Source: Massalongia carnosa (lineage: Eukaryota). From it: a stretch of DNA of 64,000 bases. Numbering within the stretch: the first letter of the stretch is position 1; each line of letters opens with the position of its first letter. The position numbers and the translations under genes are program-made. The stretch covers positions 2,232,001 to 2,296,000 of the forward strand of contig OZ287068.1 in assembly GCA_965645245.1 (NCBI GenBank). The letters are read 5' to 3'. Of the stretch, positions 48,810-60,778 are shown piece by piece. The notes under the pieces were generated by a model that had not been told where the DNA came from, searched no databases, and saw nothing but the letters and a program-made list of their open reading frames with translations.

Positions 48810-50754
48810 GATGCTGGTGACCGGGTGAGGAATTTCAAGGAGGCGTAGCCTTGATGTGAGAAGCGCTTGAGTAGCGTAATATCCTCAGCGAGTAAAACGA
48901 GTGGAGAAAACGAATGCTAGTGATGTAGTTGAATAAGGGGGATGAGTAGTATTGAGGGAGTGGATAGAAATATATATACGGAATCCCCTTTATGGATAAC
49001 TTAGATCTTCGGAACTTGACAAACGAGCAAGACAATCCGAGGAACCAGCCCGGTTACATTAATTGAAGGCAACCAAGCGATATTTTTTCACTGGCTGTTA
49101 AACTAAGAAAAATTTTACGGTATGAATATTGATATTATCCAGTAAGTCGGTTGGGGGCATCTGCTCCACTCAAGGTTAGAGTAAGTCGCAGAAAGGGGTA
49201 ATCACCACGATTCACAGCCACGATATTAGTTGCTATTTTTAAAAATTTCATGGACACTCCAAGATCCTCGTCCAATGCATGAATTTCATTTGATACTTCC
49301 CCATTGAATAGGTTACGCATGCCTTGACGTATGGGATTTCATGAGTAAATTTCTCCAACTCTTCTTGTGACTCATGTAAGTTCCCTTTTGCTGATGATTT
49401 TCATCAGTTACCGACATGCTTGTTGGGTGATTCCCAGTCTTTCAACATCCGGTCAGAGTAGGAAGGGGCGAAGTGGGAGAAAACACCCCTAGCACCCACA
49501 AGAACACGAGGATCAGCAGACGGCATTGATACCATAGACGGCTATCAAGCGTAACAAGCAGGATCAGATTAAACGGAGTTCCACAAATGCTACGTAGTCT
49601 ATCAGTTATCGTCACTAGCTGTTCTTTGCATATAAAATCCAGTTCATAAAGGGGCTGGAACCAGGAAGTAATTGATGTTGATCATATAGGGCTGTTGGAT
49701 ATCTATTTACCCGTCTTGGAGGACAGATGGAGCGTATCTTGCAGAAACATGCAGGAACGGCAAGCGCTTGTTATTGAAAGTTCCGCATTTACCCCATAGG
49801 TTGTCTGAATGATCTGGTTGGAAGTAGTAATCGCGAAGTACTTGGCATTTTGAAGGAATGATTTAGAAAAAAAAACGGCAATACTGCAGACGCTCTTCCC
49901 CAGGCCCAGTTGATGGGCAGAGTATAGAGTATGCAGCAATGGGTTCTACCCATATCCTCGGGTCTCGGCTTCTGGCTTTTCGCCTGCAAGACATATCATG
50001 TAGTTTTCACGTACTCTGTACAGAGTAATACTAGAGAGATGCACGAAGAAACCCCTCCAAAGATCACATAGTCTCGATGAATATCAACCAAGAAGATGAG
50101 CAAGATCATGGGGTTGCATTTCTCCTATGTCCGGTTTGTGCCAATGCTCACGTCAGATTGCAACGCCAGCAACACGGACGCTAAGGTATGATGGATGACC
50201 CGTTGACCAAGGAAGCGACCAAAAATCAGCGCATAGGACTAGTTAGAGATGATAATAATAGTAGTATACCAAACTGAATCGCAACCCAAAACCGAAGCTG
50301 AAACCAAGCATATGCCCGGACGGTCAGGGGCTGGAAGCTGTGGATTTGGATCAGCTTGTATCGTAAGAATGATAACTTACCGAGGCATCGGAATTCCGAT
50401 GGACATAACAGCTAGACCATAAGGGCAAGTGTGATGGAGAGGATAGGAATCCTTCGTCCTGCTGTCTTCGTGTCATGGAGGTGTACTACGCTTGCGCCGC
50501 GAAACATAACAGAACGAAGTGAGCCATTAGTCCATACTTACCTAAGCAGACCATCGAGCCACGTGATCTCCTGGCCCCCTATGATGGAGGTAGAAAACTG
50601 TTTCCATCTTTAACCCCACGGGCCCTTTAGATTCTCCCCCTTCATGAAGTTCTCAACTCTTAAATGCACCGTCTCTGATGCAGTCTACTCTAACTAAAGC
50701 AAGTGCCTTGGCAGGATTCGCGTTCTCTTCCCCCCACCTCATCCTACCCTTTTT

Positions 50755-51839
50755 TCACCCCGAATATCCGTCACTTCCCCTAATCTCACATCTTTCCATC
50801 CAGCCCACTATTCTATCCCACTTCCGGCACCGATGCGTTGTCGAGAACTCTGCGCGTGCACCCCCTGGCGCTTCCGAGTCGGCGCGGATGGGCATGGGCG
50901 TTATGTCGCCAGCACACATGAGGGCGAGCCGCAACGTTTCGATACAGTGATCGATGTGTGTGCGGAGTTTCATCTTGGGGACGGAGAAGCCAGGGGGTGG
51001 GGAGGAGTATTCGTCGAGGTAAATGTATTGGCGGATCATGTTCTAGGGAAGTTCGAGTTAGCTTTGAGGGTGTACGGTGGGGGGATGATGCCTGGCAGTA
51101 CGATGGTGCGGTCTTCAGAAAAGTTGTCAAGGAGATTATTACTTACCAAACAGTGAAGTTGATGAAATATCTCTACCGTTGCTTCGATTCCGCCTCCCTC
51201 TTCGGCCGGTGTTCGCATGTAATCAACGGATGTCGAGTAGTTCAATGCGCTCAATTTGTCTTCCGGGACGTCGATTGTTCCGTCTAAAATCCATGAGGTT
51301 AGCAAGGAACGGAACATTCGAGTTCAACAAACCCAACGCAAAAGGGTTGCCTCACGTTTCCATAAACCTTCCCATGCCTTCTCTCGCTCCGGAGTGGGGT
51401 ATCCGCGATAGATGGATGGCTGATTGAAGTCATTCGCAAAGGTTACGTCTTCATACTCTACTGCTTCCATCATGGGTGCTAGGATTCTGTTAGCCATCTT
51501 AACGATAAGGGTGTGATTTCCTAAGAAAACTTAAGAGGCGCTAATACAGTATGAAGAAAGCTTGTTAGCGCACTCCCTATCACTCGGTTTCTTTAATGTT
51601 GCCGCCACCAATATTCCAAGCGAGACGACGAAGAGTACAGAGCCTACAAAAATAGGCCATAACGACACGATGTTGAAGCGAGACCTTCTAGGCTGGTCAT
51701 CATTTTCTGACTTGCAAGTGATATCCGGGAATGGAAAGCTGGACGCATGCTCATAGCGGTCGAAGGAAGAGGGTCGGGGGGGGATTAGAAGGTAGTGAAA
51801 AAGTCTTCGCTGTGCCATTGGTAAGACCGATTGTAGCAT
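50755..51839 (-). CDS. UstYa-family (DUF3328) oxidase, 4 exons: 51839-51548, 51478-51356, 51283-51147, 51042-50755 (start could be 51818)
   Basis: N-terminal TM helix, YRGYPTPEREKAW, two HxxHC motifs (FHQLHCL, HIDHCIETLRLALMCAGD) and HRCRKWDRI. Three GT-AG introns with CTAAC branch sites splice in frame. Confidence 0.93.
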
Positions 51840-52603
51840 ACAGGATAGCTGAGTTGCGGACGTGTTCGCTGGGATACTTCCGTTCCTGGACTGAGATGAG
51901 CGAGAGAGAAAGAGAAAAGTAAATGCAGTGAAGGTTCACAGCTGGGAGAGGGGATGTTGTAAATGGAAGGAATGGCTAAGAGGAATGTGGAGGAGACATG
52001 AGACGAGGGTTCGCAGTCTCAGGCCCAAACGGGTGGATGTCACTTCGGTGGCATCCATTTCGGCCAGTCACCCAACACTTGCAAGGCCTAACTAGTGAGT
52101 TGTGCGTATGGGGGACTCGCTTGTTGCTACCTTGATGATTTGTTCTTTGTTTATGTTCGCTTGGAGCTCAACAAGCTACCGCTATAATGGTGATAGCCCT
52201 ATGCAACTACCAAACCGAGTCACTCAACAGCGATGGCGAACTTTCCGCTTCGTTGACAATAAAGAGTTGATGACCAGTTGCAGATCAGTTTTGAAGCGAG
52301 TCGTCGGGCGTGCCTTGTGAGGTGGTGAGTGAGCTTGCTTAAGGCTTACCGAGGGCCTCGCGGTAGAAGAGGTTATTTTTGTTATTTTTTCTTTTCATTC
52401 ACGCATCTCGCTACACACTGTCTTCGATGTAATTCCCATTTCGGTCGTAAGTCGGGTTTCCACCAATGGGAGTAATCTCCGGTATGGTGTTGCCCTACGA
52501 AAGCTGCAAAGTATTTGTGATGTAAGCTTGTTGGCATTAGGCGGCATCGCGATGAACATGAACATTTCCAGTAGCCCTAATTACTTAGCGAAGTTCCCCC
52601 CAC

Positions 52604-52697
52604 TTGTGGGTCTGGTAGGTCGGGTAGGTCTTGCAGCCCTTGTAGCGCTTGTAGCGCTTGTAGCCCTTGTGGACCTTGTGGATCTTGTGCACCCTTG
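52604..52697. repeat. Degenerate 9-bp tandem repeat (CTTGTAGCG/CTTGTGGAC-like)
   Basis: About 10 units visible in the intergenic region between the DUF3328 gene and the precursor gene. Confidence 0.7.
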
Positions 52698-53079
52698 CCA
52701 GATACACTTTTCCTTTGTCCAGAAAAAACCTTCTTTGTCTGGACTTGTCTAGGCCTGTTCCACTCGGTTCAGAGCCCAACGTTAGAGTCAACATTAGGTA
52801 CAGTAGTATCACATTCTTCCCTTTAGATCGTAAATGTCCATCACAATTCGTCATCACAGGGGTGATTATGCAATTTGTCTAGCCTATCACATAGTCAGTC
52901 AGGATGGTATATAACACCCTCATCCCCCCATCCTTTTTCTCTCGTCAGTTTCATTCACATCAAACAGAAAATCATCTCCATTATCAAAGTTCCTGTATCA
53001 AAACCAATCCTACCTTTGCATCTCCGTTTCGATCAACCTCAAGTTAAGCTTGTCTCAATATCGAACCACACCATCCACG

Positions 53080-53700
53080 ATGCAGATCATAGCCTTTGCT
53101 GCCGTGGCTCTTGCAGCCTTACACTTTGCCTTGGCTGCCCCAGCAGCTCAACCTAACATCACCCAGCGCGACCCAATAGAAAATAAAGGGGAGATCCAGC
53201 CATGGTTCGTCGACGTCTATGATGAAGCCACTGGAACTACCGAGCATGTGTACGTCAATCCATCCACGGTGAAGCGTTCTCCAATGCAACATAAAGGAGA
53301 GATTCAACAATGGTTTGTGGACGTGTACGACGAGGAAACGGGGACCACCAAGCACGTTTATGTCGATCATTCCAAGGTCAAGCGCTCTCCAATGCAGCAT
53401 AAAGGAGAGATTCAACAATGGTTTGTAGACGTGTATGACAAGGCCACCGGAGAGACGAAGCACGTTTATGTCGATCCATCCATAGTAAAGCGTTCTCCAA
53501 TACAGCATAAAGGACAGATTCAACAATGGTTCGTGGACGTATACGACGAGGAGACCGGGATCACTAAGCATGTTTATGTCGATCCGTCCATGGTGAAGCG
53601 TTCTCCAATGCAGCATAGAGGAGAGATCCAACAATGGTTCGTGGACGTGTATGACGAGAAGACCGGAGAGACCAAGCATGTCTATGTCAATCCGGAGTAA
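53080..53700 (+). CDS. Secreted Kex2-processed repeat protein (KEP); putative RiPP (dikaritin-type) precursor with five 36-aa repeats
   Basis: Signal peptide MQIIAFAAVALAALHFALA. 108-bp repeats encoding SPMQHKGEIQQWFVDVYDxxTGxTKHVYVDPSxVKR separated by KR. Adjacent to the DUF3328 gene. Confidence 0.88.
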   Translation: MQIIAFAAVALAALHFALAAPAAQPNITQRDPIENKGEIQPWFVDVYDEATGTTEHVYVNPSTVKRSPMQHKGEIQQWFVDVYDEETGTTKHVYVDHSKVKRSPMQHKGEIQQWFVDVYDKATGETKHVYVDPSIVKRSPIQHKGQIQQWFVDVYDEETGITKHVYVDPSMVKRSPMQHRGEIQQWFVDVYDEKTGETKHVYVNPE

Positions 53701-54645
53701 ACTTGCTGCAAGTATTCTTCCGCCTCCCAGCCTTTCGCAAATTCACCGCGCTAACCAGAGTCTAGCCAAAAAAAAAGGTCATCCCCTCGCCTTGCAAGAG
53801 TTCTCGCAGAAAGGAAAATGGGTTGGGGCATAGATTCAGTGCATAAATTTTCTTTCTTTTTGTGGATGCATAGAGGGTTTGAGAAGATATTCGGGGGGGG
53901 GGGTTGGTAGGTTGGATGTTGGATGTGGATAATAGAAGGTTAAAGGAACATAAGATGCGATGCTAGCTTGCCTCCTCATTTTTGTTCTTCCTCTTCATTT
54001 CTTATGCGGTGATGGTTCACCTAATTCCCGCCTTAACCTATCTAGACAAAAAGTTGACTTGAATTTCAGTACCACGTCATCATGCGCTTTCTCCAGTCCT
54101 CGATGTTCCAACGCATCGCCACGCCGGAACGGAGTCCTCTTTCACGCTACAGCAGCCCAGCCTTGCGAAGGAGAATCGAGGAATAGATGAAGGTCGATGA
54201 TTGAGCTTGAGGAAGGAGTTAACGCAGTTTCAACCGTTCGGAAAAATCACCCAGCCACATCTTCCATCCTAAACCCCCCCAAGTCCCCTGCGTTAGCCAG
54301 CTGCTTACCCGCCCGTGCCCGCCGATTATAGAGGCTTTCTCTAAACCATTTTCGGATTAGCCTTGTTTTGCAAGAGTAAAGCCGTCGTTTTGCCGTAGTA
54401 AACTTCGGCGAGTTAGTCAGCGTACTCCGTACCACATCTCCTGACCTGCCATAATACCCTACATAGATTGTAGCCTACATACTACGTACACCTACACATA
54501 GACATATACCTACCTACCTAATAACTATCACAAAAGAAGACCAAGTGACGATCGACCGGCGGCCTTTTCGAGGGATTGGTGGCCTGTTTGGTTTTAATGG
54601 GCGCTAGACTGGTGAGGATGGTAGGGGAAGGAGGGAGGTAAGGTA

Positions 54646-55983
54646 CAGTACTAGGTCAAAAGTTTCCGACAGCTCCCCATCAACTTTTTACCCCCCCCAC
54701 TGCTTTGAATTATCAACCACCAAGTTTTTATTTTATGCCTTGAAACTTGGTACGATGATTACATACATTCTAGCAAGGAATTTGGGATGAGAAATATATT
54801 TTTAATATTTCGTATACCATCCTTTCGATTGGATGCAAGCTTCAATCCTCCTTTCCATGCTCTCTATTAAACTTCTCAACATTTCCTCATCTATCAAGGC
54901 CTATGCTTCTTCCAACGCTTTCCAAAGTACCTCGCGGACCTTATCATCACTACCAGTCACCGAATCGATGTCCGGATTGACTTGATAAAAGAGCTGTTTG
55001 AGCACATACCAAACGTGCTCGATGGGGTTCAAATCAGGAGAATAAGGAGGCCAATCGATGATTGTTATACCGTTTTCATCGAACCATTTCTTCACCTTTT
55101 TGGCAGTATGAATCGGTGCATTATCCTGTATGAAAATGAAGCCCGGTTCCCAAATTTCAAGCAGATTATCGTTCAATAATTCCAAATATGAATTCGCGGA
55201 GTACCCCATCTTCTTTGCTTCGAAATCGCGGGCCAATTTGTAAAGATCTGACCTTCCTCTCATACAAAAAGCCCCCCATACCATAACCTTGACCTCCTTG
55301 CCTTTGGCGTACGGTTGTATCATAGGTTTTTTCCATTTTTCCTCTGGAAATCTGAACATCCATTGACGCTATTTTCCTGACCCCTTTTCCACCGAACACT
55401 CGTCTGACCATATAATTTTTGACCATTGCTCAGAAGTCCACTCACGCCGAAGCAAGCACCATTCTAATCTCTTCTTTGCCACCTCGGGCGTCAATAAAGG
55501 CCGCTTTTTAGCCAGCCAGTTTGTTATACCGTAGTCTTTGAGCGTCCGATAGAGAGTGGATCGACTGCATTGCAACCCGGCCTCCGTACGCAGCTGCGCA
55601 TAGGTGATGCGTGGATTGATTCGTGCAAATTTGATGATACGTCTTCTATCGCGATCCGAAAATATTCCAGGCCGACCTGCTCGCGATTTGGACTTTTCGT
55701 TGTTGCGTTCTGAGTGCTTTTGAAGAGTGTAAATGACGGTGGTTCGAGGCACATTTAATGTCTTTGCAATTTCGGCCGGTGCATGCACCAACGCCTGGGC
55801 TCCAATAATCATACCTCTTTGACATTGATTCAATTTGGTATTACGAGGCTTATTACCAGAAATTGAAGCCAACGGAGTGCGTGGCATGGTGAAATGATGA
55901 GGTCAAAGTTGATGGGTTGGAGGGGTTGAAACGCGAAATCACGAAAATCGCGGGTAGAGTCGGAAACTTTTGACACGGGACTG
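54646..55983 (-). mobile_element. Tc1-like (DD34E) transposon with TA TSD; transposase disrupted
   Basis: TIR CAGT..GTCAAAAGTTTCCGAC / GTCGGAAACTTTTTGACACGGGACTG flanked by TA. Motifs IWSDEC, QDNAPIH and WPPYSPDLNPIE, with in-frame TAG stops (~55369, ~54901). Confidence 0.9.
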
Positions 55984-56574
55984 TAGGATGTATGTAAGAT
56001 GACGGGGGGGAAGGGTAGAGCTCGCTGGGCTACATAGGTATAACTAAACTACGGAGACTTTCGAAAGAAGGAAACAGCACGGTGGGGGTTTGCAACTAGA
56101 ATCTAGACCTAGTAGCGTATATCGAGCTTGACGTATGGGAGGAATAGGGTTGAGTTAGTTACGTTGGAGGGGGAATGGGCTATAGGGTGGGATTTCGTTG
56201 TAGGGAAGGTTGATATCTGAAAATGGGGTTGTGATCGGAAATTGTCGTCGTATGAGGCTTTCACCGTGCTTTGGGCTGGAGAAAGTGGAGAGGGTGAAAA
56301 GATGAGGTTGGATGGGGCGACTAAGAAACCAAGTAGATTTTTTGGGGGGGGGGACGGTATTTAATTAGCTGTAGCTGCGGTACAGAGAAAGTAATTGATG
56401 AAAACTTATAGGCTCGCGCTGACAAAGTATCGCCATCCCGACGCGTAATTTCTGTTCAGGGTCAGATCGATGTAGACCCATAACCGTGGTAGAAGAAACA
56501 GGGGGGAAACGGAAGTATATACACCAGATGCTGGAGGAACATACTAGTAAAAAGAGAAGGGAAGAGTGAGAAAG

Positions 56575-57832
56575 CTATTTCTTGGGGTCCTTTGCTTTGG
56601 GTTTGTGCTCAGGTTGCTCCTCCACCTCCTCCGCCACATCGGCCGGTTTGTCCTTCTTCGAATCGTCGTTGGCCGGTGTGGCGTTGTGGTGGGTATGATC
56701 GTGCCGTTTGTGCTTTGGCTTCCCGGCTCGAGCGTCGCGCTCCTCTTGCTCGTGCGTAGCTTCCTCCCGCTCCTTGATTTTGCGCTCCTCAGTCTCGACC
56801 ATATCTAATGATTAGTCTATCAGCCTCAACTGCCCCCTCCAGAGCTAAGAAAGAAATAGAACAAGAACTAAAACTAGAGAGACAAACCTCGCCACATGTC
56901 CTCCCCTGCATATCTTTCATGATGCACCTTCTTCTCCACCATCTTTTTATGCTCCGGATCGTCGGGATCAATCACCTTAACCGTCTCCCACCTCCCTTCC
57001 CCATCTTTTCGGTCCCCAATCTCAAACGCTGCCGTCGCGATCAACACCGCTAGCGTGAGGCCCTGCGCATACACACGCGCCTGTACAATCTTCTGCGCCG
57101 TGCTCAGGTACGGGCTGCGCCCCACGAGCCCCAGCGCCGTCGCCATGCTCGCCACCCATGAGACCCCTACGATCGGGTAGCGGTTCTCGCGGCCCCAGCT
57201 CATGAATTTCTCGTAAGGTGTTTTGTGGGCGTCCAGCTCGGCGAGTTGGCGCGAGGCGGCATCTTTATATTCTTGATCTGGGTGGCGGCTAGCTTCGAAG
57301 GCGCGGGAGTATTTGTCGGCGGAGATTATAGCTGGTTGGTTGGGGAGCATTGGTGTTAGCTGTGGCTCTGGTTTTGGTGCAGGGAATCTTTCCATCATCA
57401 TGAAAATGCTTTCCGCAATCGAGCCTTCGCAGTGAGACAGCTCTCATGAGCACACCATAATCACCTTAAAGTAGATTTTGTAGCGCCCTATATTCCACCT
57501 CAACCAACTCCTTATATCCCCCCGTGGATCACCTTCTAAAGTAAGAGAGACAGATTCCTTCTTACCAGCAAACGTTCCCGCAGACGTGACCAGAAATGCC
57601 TTGAGCGGCAGGGTCAAATGCCGAAACGCCGGAAATCTTGCAGTGGCAGCGTACACGCCCACGAAACCAACGGCGAGGCCCGCCAGTCCGCCACCGATCC
57701 CGCCTTTAAGGGTGGCACTGCGTGCGGAGTCATTGTCAGTTGTTTTGGTGGCCGAGGAGTAAGGGTTAAATGAGGGAGGGGGTAGAGAGACTTGTAGTGA
57801 GCGTCTTCTTCTTCTTTGGAGAGAAGCTTCAT
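56575..57832 (-). CDS. RCF2: Respiratory supercomplex factor 2 (HIG1-domain mitochondrial protein), 4 exons: 57832-57792, 57717-57566, 57331-56888, 56804-56575
   Basis: MKLLSKEEEDAHY, RHLTLPLKAFLVTS, ENRYPIV and AQKIVQARVYAQGLTL. GT-AG introns. Confidence 0.88.
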
Positions 57833-58273
57833 GGTCTATTAGTTGGAAAGAGGTTTTAGGGGGGAGGTTCGGGCTGTTGACGGGGCGCGGGGGAGCGTTG
57901 GAGAGGATATAGTCTAAAGGGCGACTTTTGGGGAGCGGCGCATTGCCTACTGTGGCGGGTTGGAGAGATTATTTATCTGGGAGCATTGGACATCTTAGAT
58001 GTGTCATCAGTTAAGACCAGGAGTAGAACGTCGAGGGTGAAAGTCTTTTCCCCGGAAACGCAGGGAAGCAGTTCGTAAAGGTTACTAACGGTTTATGATG
58101 TAATTCTCTGTTGGCAGATAAATGGATAAATTTAAACAACGGGTTTTAGGCACGGATTATACGGACTCGACTTTAGACTACAGAGCATCAAGATTGTACT
58201 CGCATGGAGGTCTCTTTGTTCAAAAAGACCTATGCTGGGTCATCACATTGCTCCTTGAATCCCCATGCTATTC

Positions 58274-60416
58274 TTATCCACCTTCGCCCTTGCCCAACTG
58301 ATGCTTATTCTTCCCCTTGGTTTTGTTTACAACTTCAATCCATTGCTTATTAATCCCTCTCTTCTCCAGCGCCTTAAAAACCGCATCCTTCTGCGGCCCC
58401 TGAACTAAGATCTCCTGTACGGGATTTTTGGGACTACTCCCCATAAGCTGATTGACACTCGTTGAGCTGGCGCACGCTTTCTGCAGCTCGTCCGCTAACA
58501 GCTGTGGGTTAATGTGAAAGACCTCGACACCGGAGATCTTGGTCACGGTTTTGTTCCCTGACCGTGTCTCGTAAGTGAGCTGGATCTTGGGCCTATGGCC
58601 TGCTTTCGCCTTGATGCTTTCCCGGGTCTCTTCGTTGCGCAGAATGGCCCAGAAGGGAGAGCAGCTTTCAAGTATTCGTTGGATCAGGGCCTCTCGTGGG
58701 ACACTCCCTTTGGCGAGCACCTCGCCGTCAATGGATGACTGGCCATTGAAAACTGCATTCGCGAGAATCGGATTAAGGTTCACGAGGCGGTTGTTTGTGG
58801 CCGACACCAAGTTCTCGGAATTGATGTAAGATAAGATGATGGACCGTAGCTCAGTGGCGAGATACAACTGTTTAACGCTAGAATTTGATGCTTCGAAGAT
58901 CTCAGATAGCTGCTCCTTTGCTCGAAATAAATTGAGTTTAGTAAGCTGCTGCCCAACTGATTCATCGCCATATGAATTTCCCGTCACACTGGCGTTTCCG
59001 CCACTTCCACCTCCAGAACCAACCGTATCCGCTCCTACGATATCCTTTTGAGGAAGCTTGTAAGGTACAAAATTGATGATGGCTAACGACTTAAATTCGA
59101 TATCCACAACAACCGTTTCGCCCCCATCCCGATCTTTTGACTTGATAAGCTTCTGCTTGACCAAGGCTTTGATGAATCTCTTGGCATTCTTCCAGCTCGT
59201 TTTCTTGATTTGTAAAGCACTGGAGTCTGTCGGTGTCCAAATCGGAAGGTAAGGAAGAACAAAATTTGAGATGAGCAAAGATTGAGGTATGGGAAAATTG
59301 AGAGTACGATGTGGATCTCCTTTATTCTTGTAAACGTGAGTGTGGACCCCATACAGAAAAGCATTCAAAAAGGCGTCATCGATTTCTGCTTGCGAATTCA
59401 TGAATAGGACTCCTTGGATTTGACATAGGTTCGACTCACCTTGAGATGTCATTTCGCTTTTTCCAGCCCCTTCTCCCTCATAGGGTGGAGCACTCTCACC
59501 ATCCAAGTATGTATATGGGGAATGGTTACTTGGCTGATTAACCTCAGTGTCAAGTGACACTCCTCCATCTTGCTCCTGTTCATCCATAGATAAGTCTCCT
59601 AACCTTTTGCCCAAAACCGTAGTCTCGCTATCCAAATCCCATCCCTCTATTTCATCAGGGGGAAGTATACCGGGCTTCCCGCTCTGACTCCAAGTCCAAA
59701 TCTCATCGCCATCCCAATGGTGGCCTCTTACAGCGTGGCCCTTTGTCCCTTGAACTTTTCCTAGCGAAGCTACATTAATATCACATTCACCAACAACCCT
59801 AGGGACGCTTGGCTTCTCAATGCTTGCTACAGCCACGATAGCATTTTTGGTAGCCTTTGATGGGAAGGGAGGCCCCCGTGCAAGGCCAGGAGTCATAAGA
59901 TCCGCGCCAGTCCGCAGCTTCTGAAGCACAAAATCTGTCGTGTGCAACAATGGGACTAGCTTCGGGTTTCTCCATAGGGTGTATACTGATAGGAAAACTG
60001 TAAACAAATATTTTCCGCGACTCCCCCCGTCTTACCAGTACCAACCTGTAGGGATAATTTTCTCCTCGATTTTGATCCATAAGACGCGCGAATCTTCCCC
60101 GATATGGGCTCCAACATAAACTGTTCCCGAGACTTGACTTAAATTTGGACCTGCTGTCGTCGTGAACCTTGCCGATAGAGAGCCTTCGGGCAAGAGTGAG
60201 TTTCGAAGCCCTCCCAAGGATAGTGATGAGTCATTTTCCTCGGCTTCAGTATGCTCAGCTGACGGTTTTTCGATGTCGAAACTTGCAATGATTTGATCTG
60301 CTATTTTACGTCTGTCCGAGGAGCGGATGGGCGACAACGGCTTGATCTGTGAAAGATTAGCTCTTCCAATCCAAGAGACAGGCTAAAATGCGTACAATGG
60401 GCTTTTTCTTAAACAT
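58274..60416 (-). CDS. TMA64: Translation initiation factor eIF2D / Tma64 (PUA, SWIB, SUI1 domains), intron-containing
   Basis: MFKKKP start at 60416, PIRSSDRRK, GADLMTPGL, IKKTSWK, and a SUI1-like C-terminus RSGNKTVTKISG..ASSTSV..VQGPQ. Confidence 0.88.
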
Positions 60417-60778
60417 AATGAGAATTGTTTAACAACATATGACAATCTGTACTACAATCGTCGCTTTCATGATACTTCAGGTGTCATGATTTTGGAAAGG
60501 CGTTCATAGGCAAGACTCTGCAAGCCAAAAGAGAAGCTAACTTACTTGGGTTAAACTTAAGGTCACTTTAAGCTTTTGCACATGTCTGATTACGTAATAG
60601 ACCGAATTGTTGATAGGAAACCCGTGATCATTTCCGAGGTGCCATCGTTCGAGAATCGTCCTTCGCTTTTTATACAATACATTAATATAACTCCGTCATG
60701 ACGGCTCTACTCTCCCCACAACATGGAAGGGAGAATCGACCAACAAACAGCAACAGACACCCGACTGCTCCATCCGTC

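Noticed and set aside
52528..52857. ORFs with LVALVA / YKRYKR repeats as a second precursor peptide
   Set aside because: They arise from a 9-bp DNA tandem repeat and have no convincing signal peptide; treated as non-coding.
53119..53679. 186-aa antisense repeat ORF
   Set aside because: Shadow of the repetitive precursor gene on the opposite strand.
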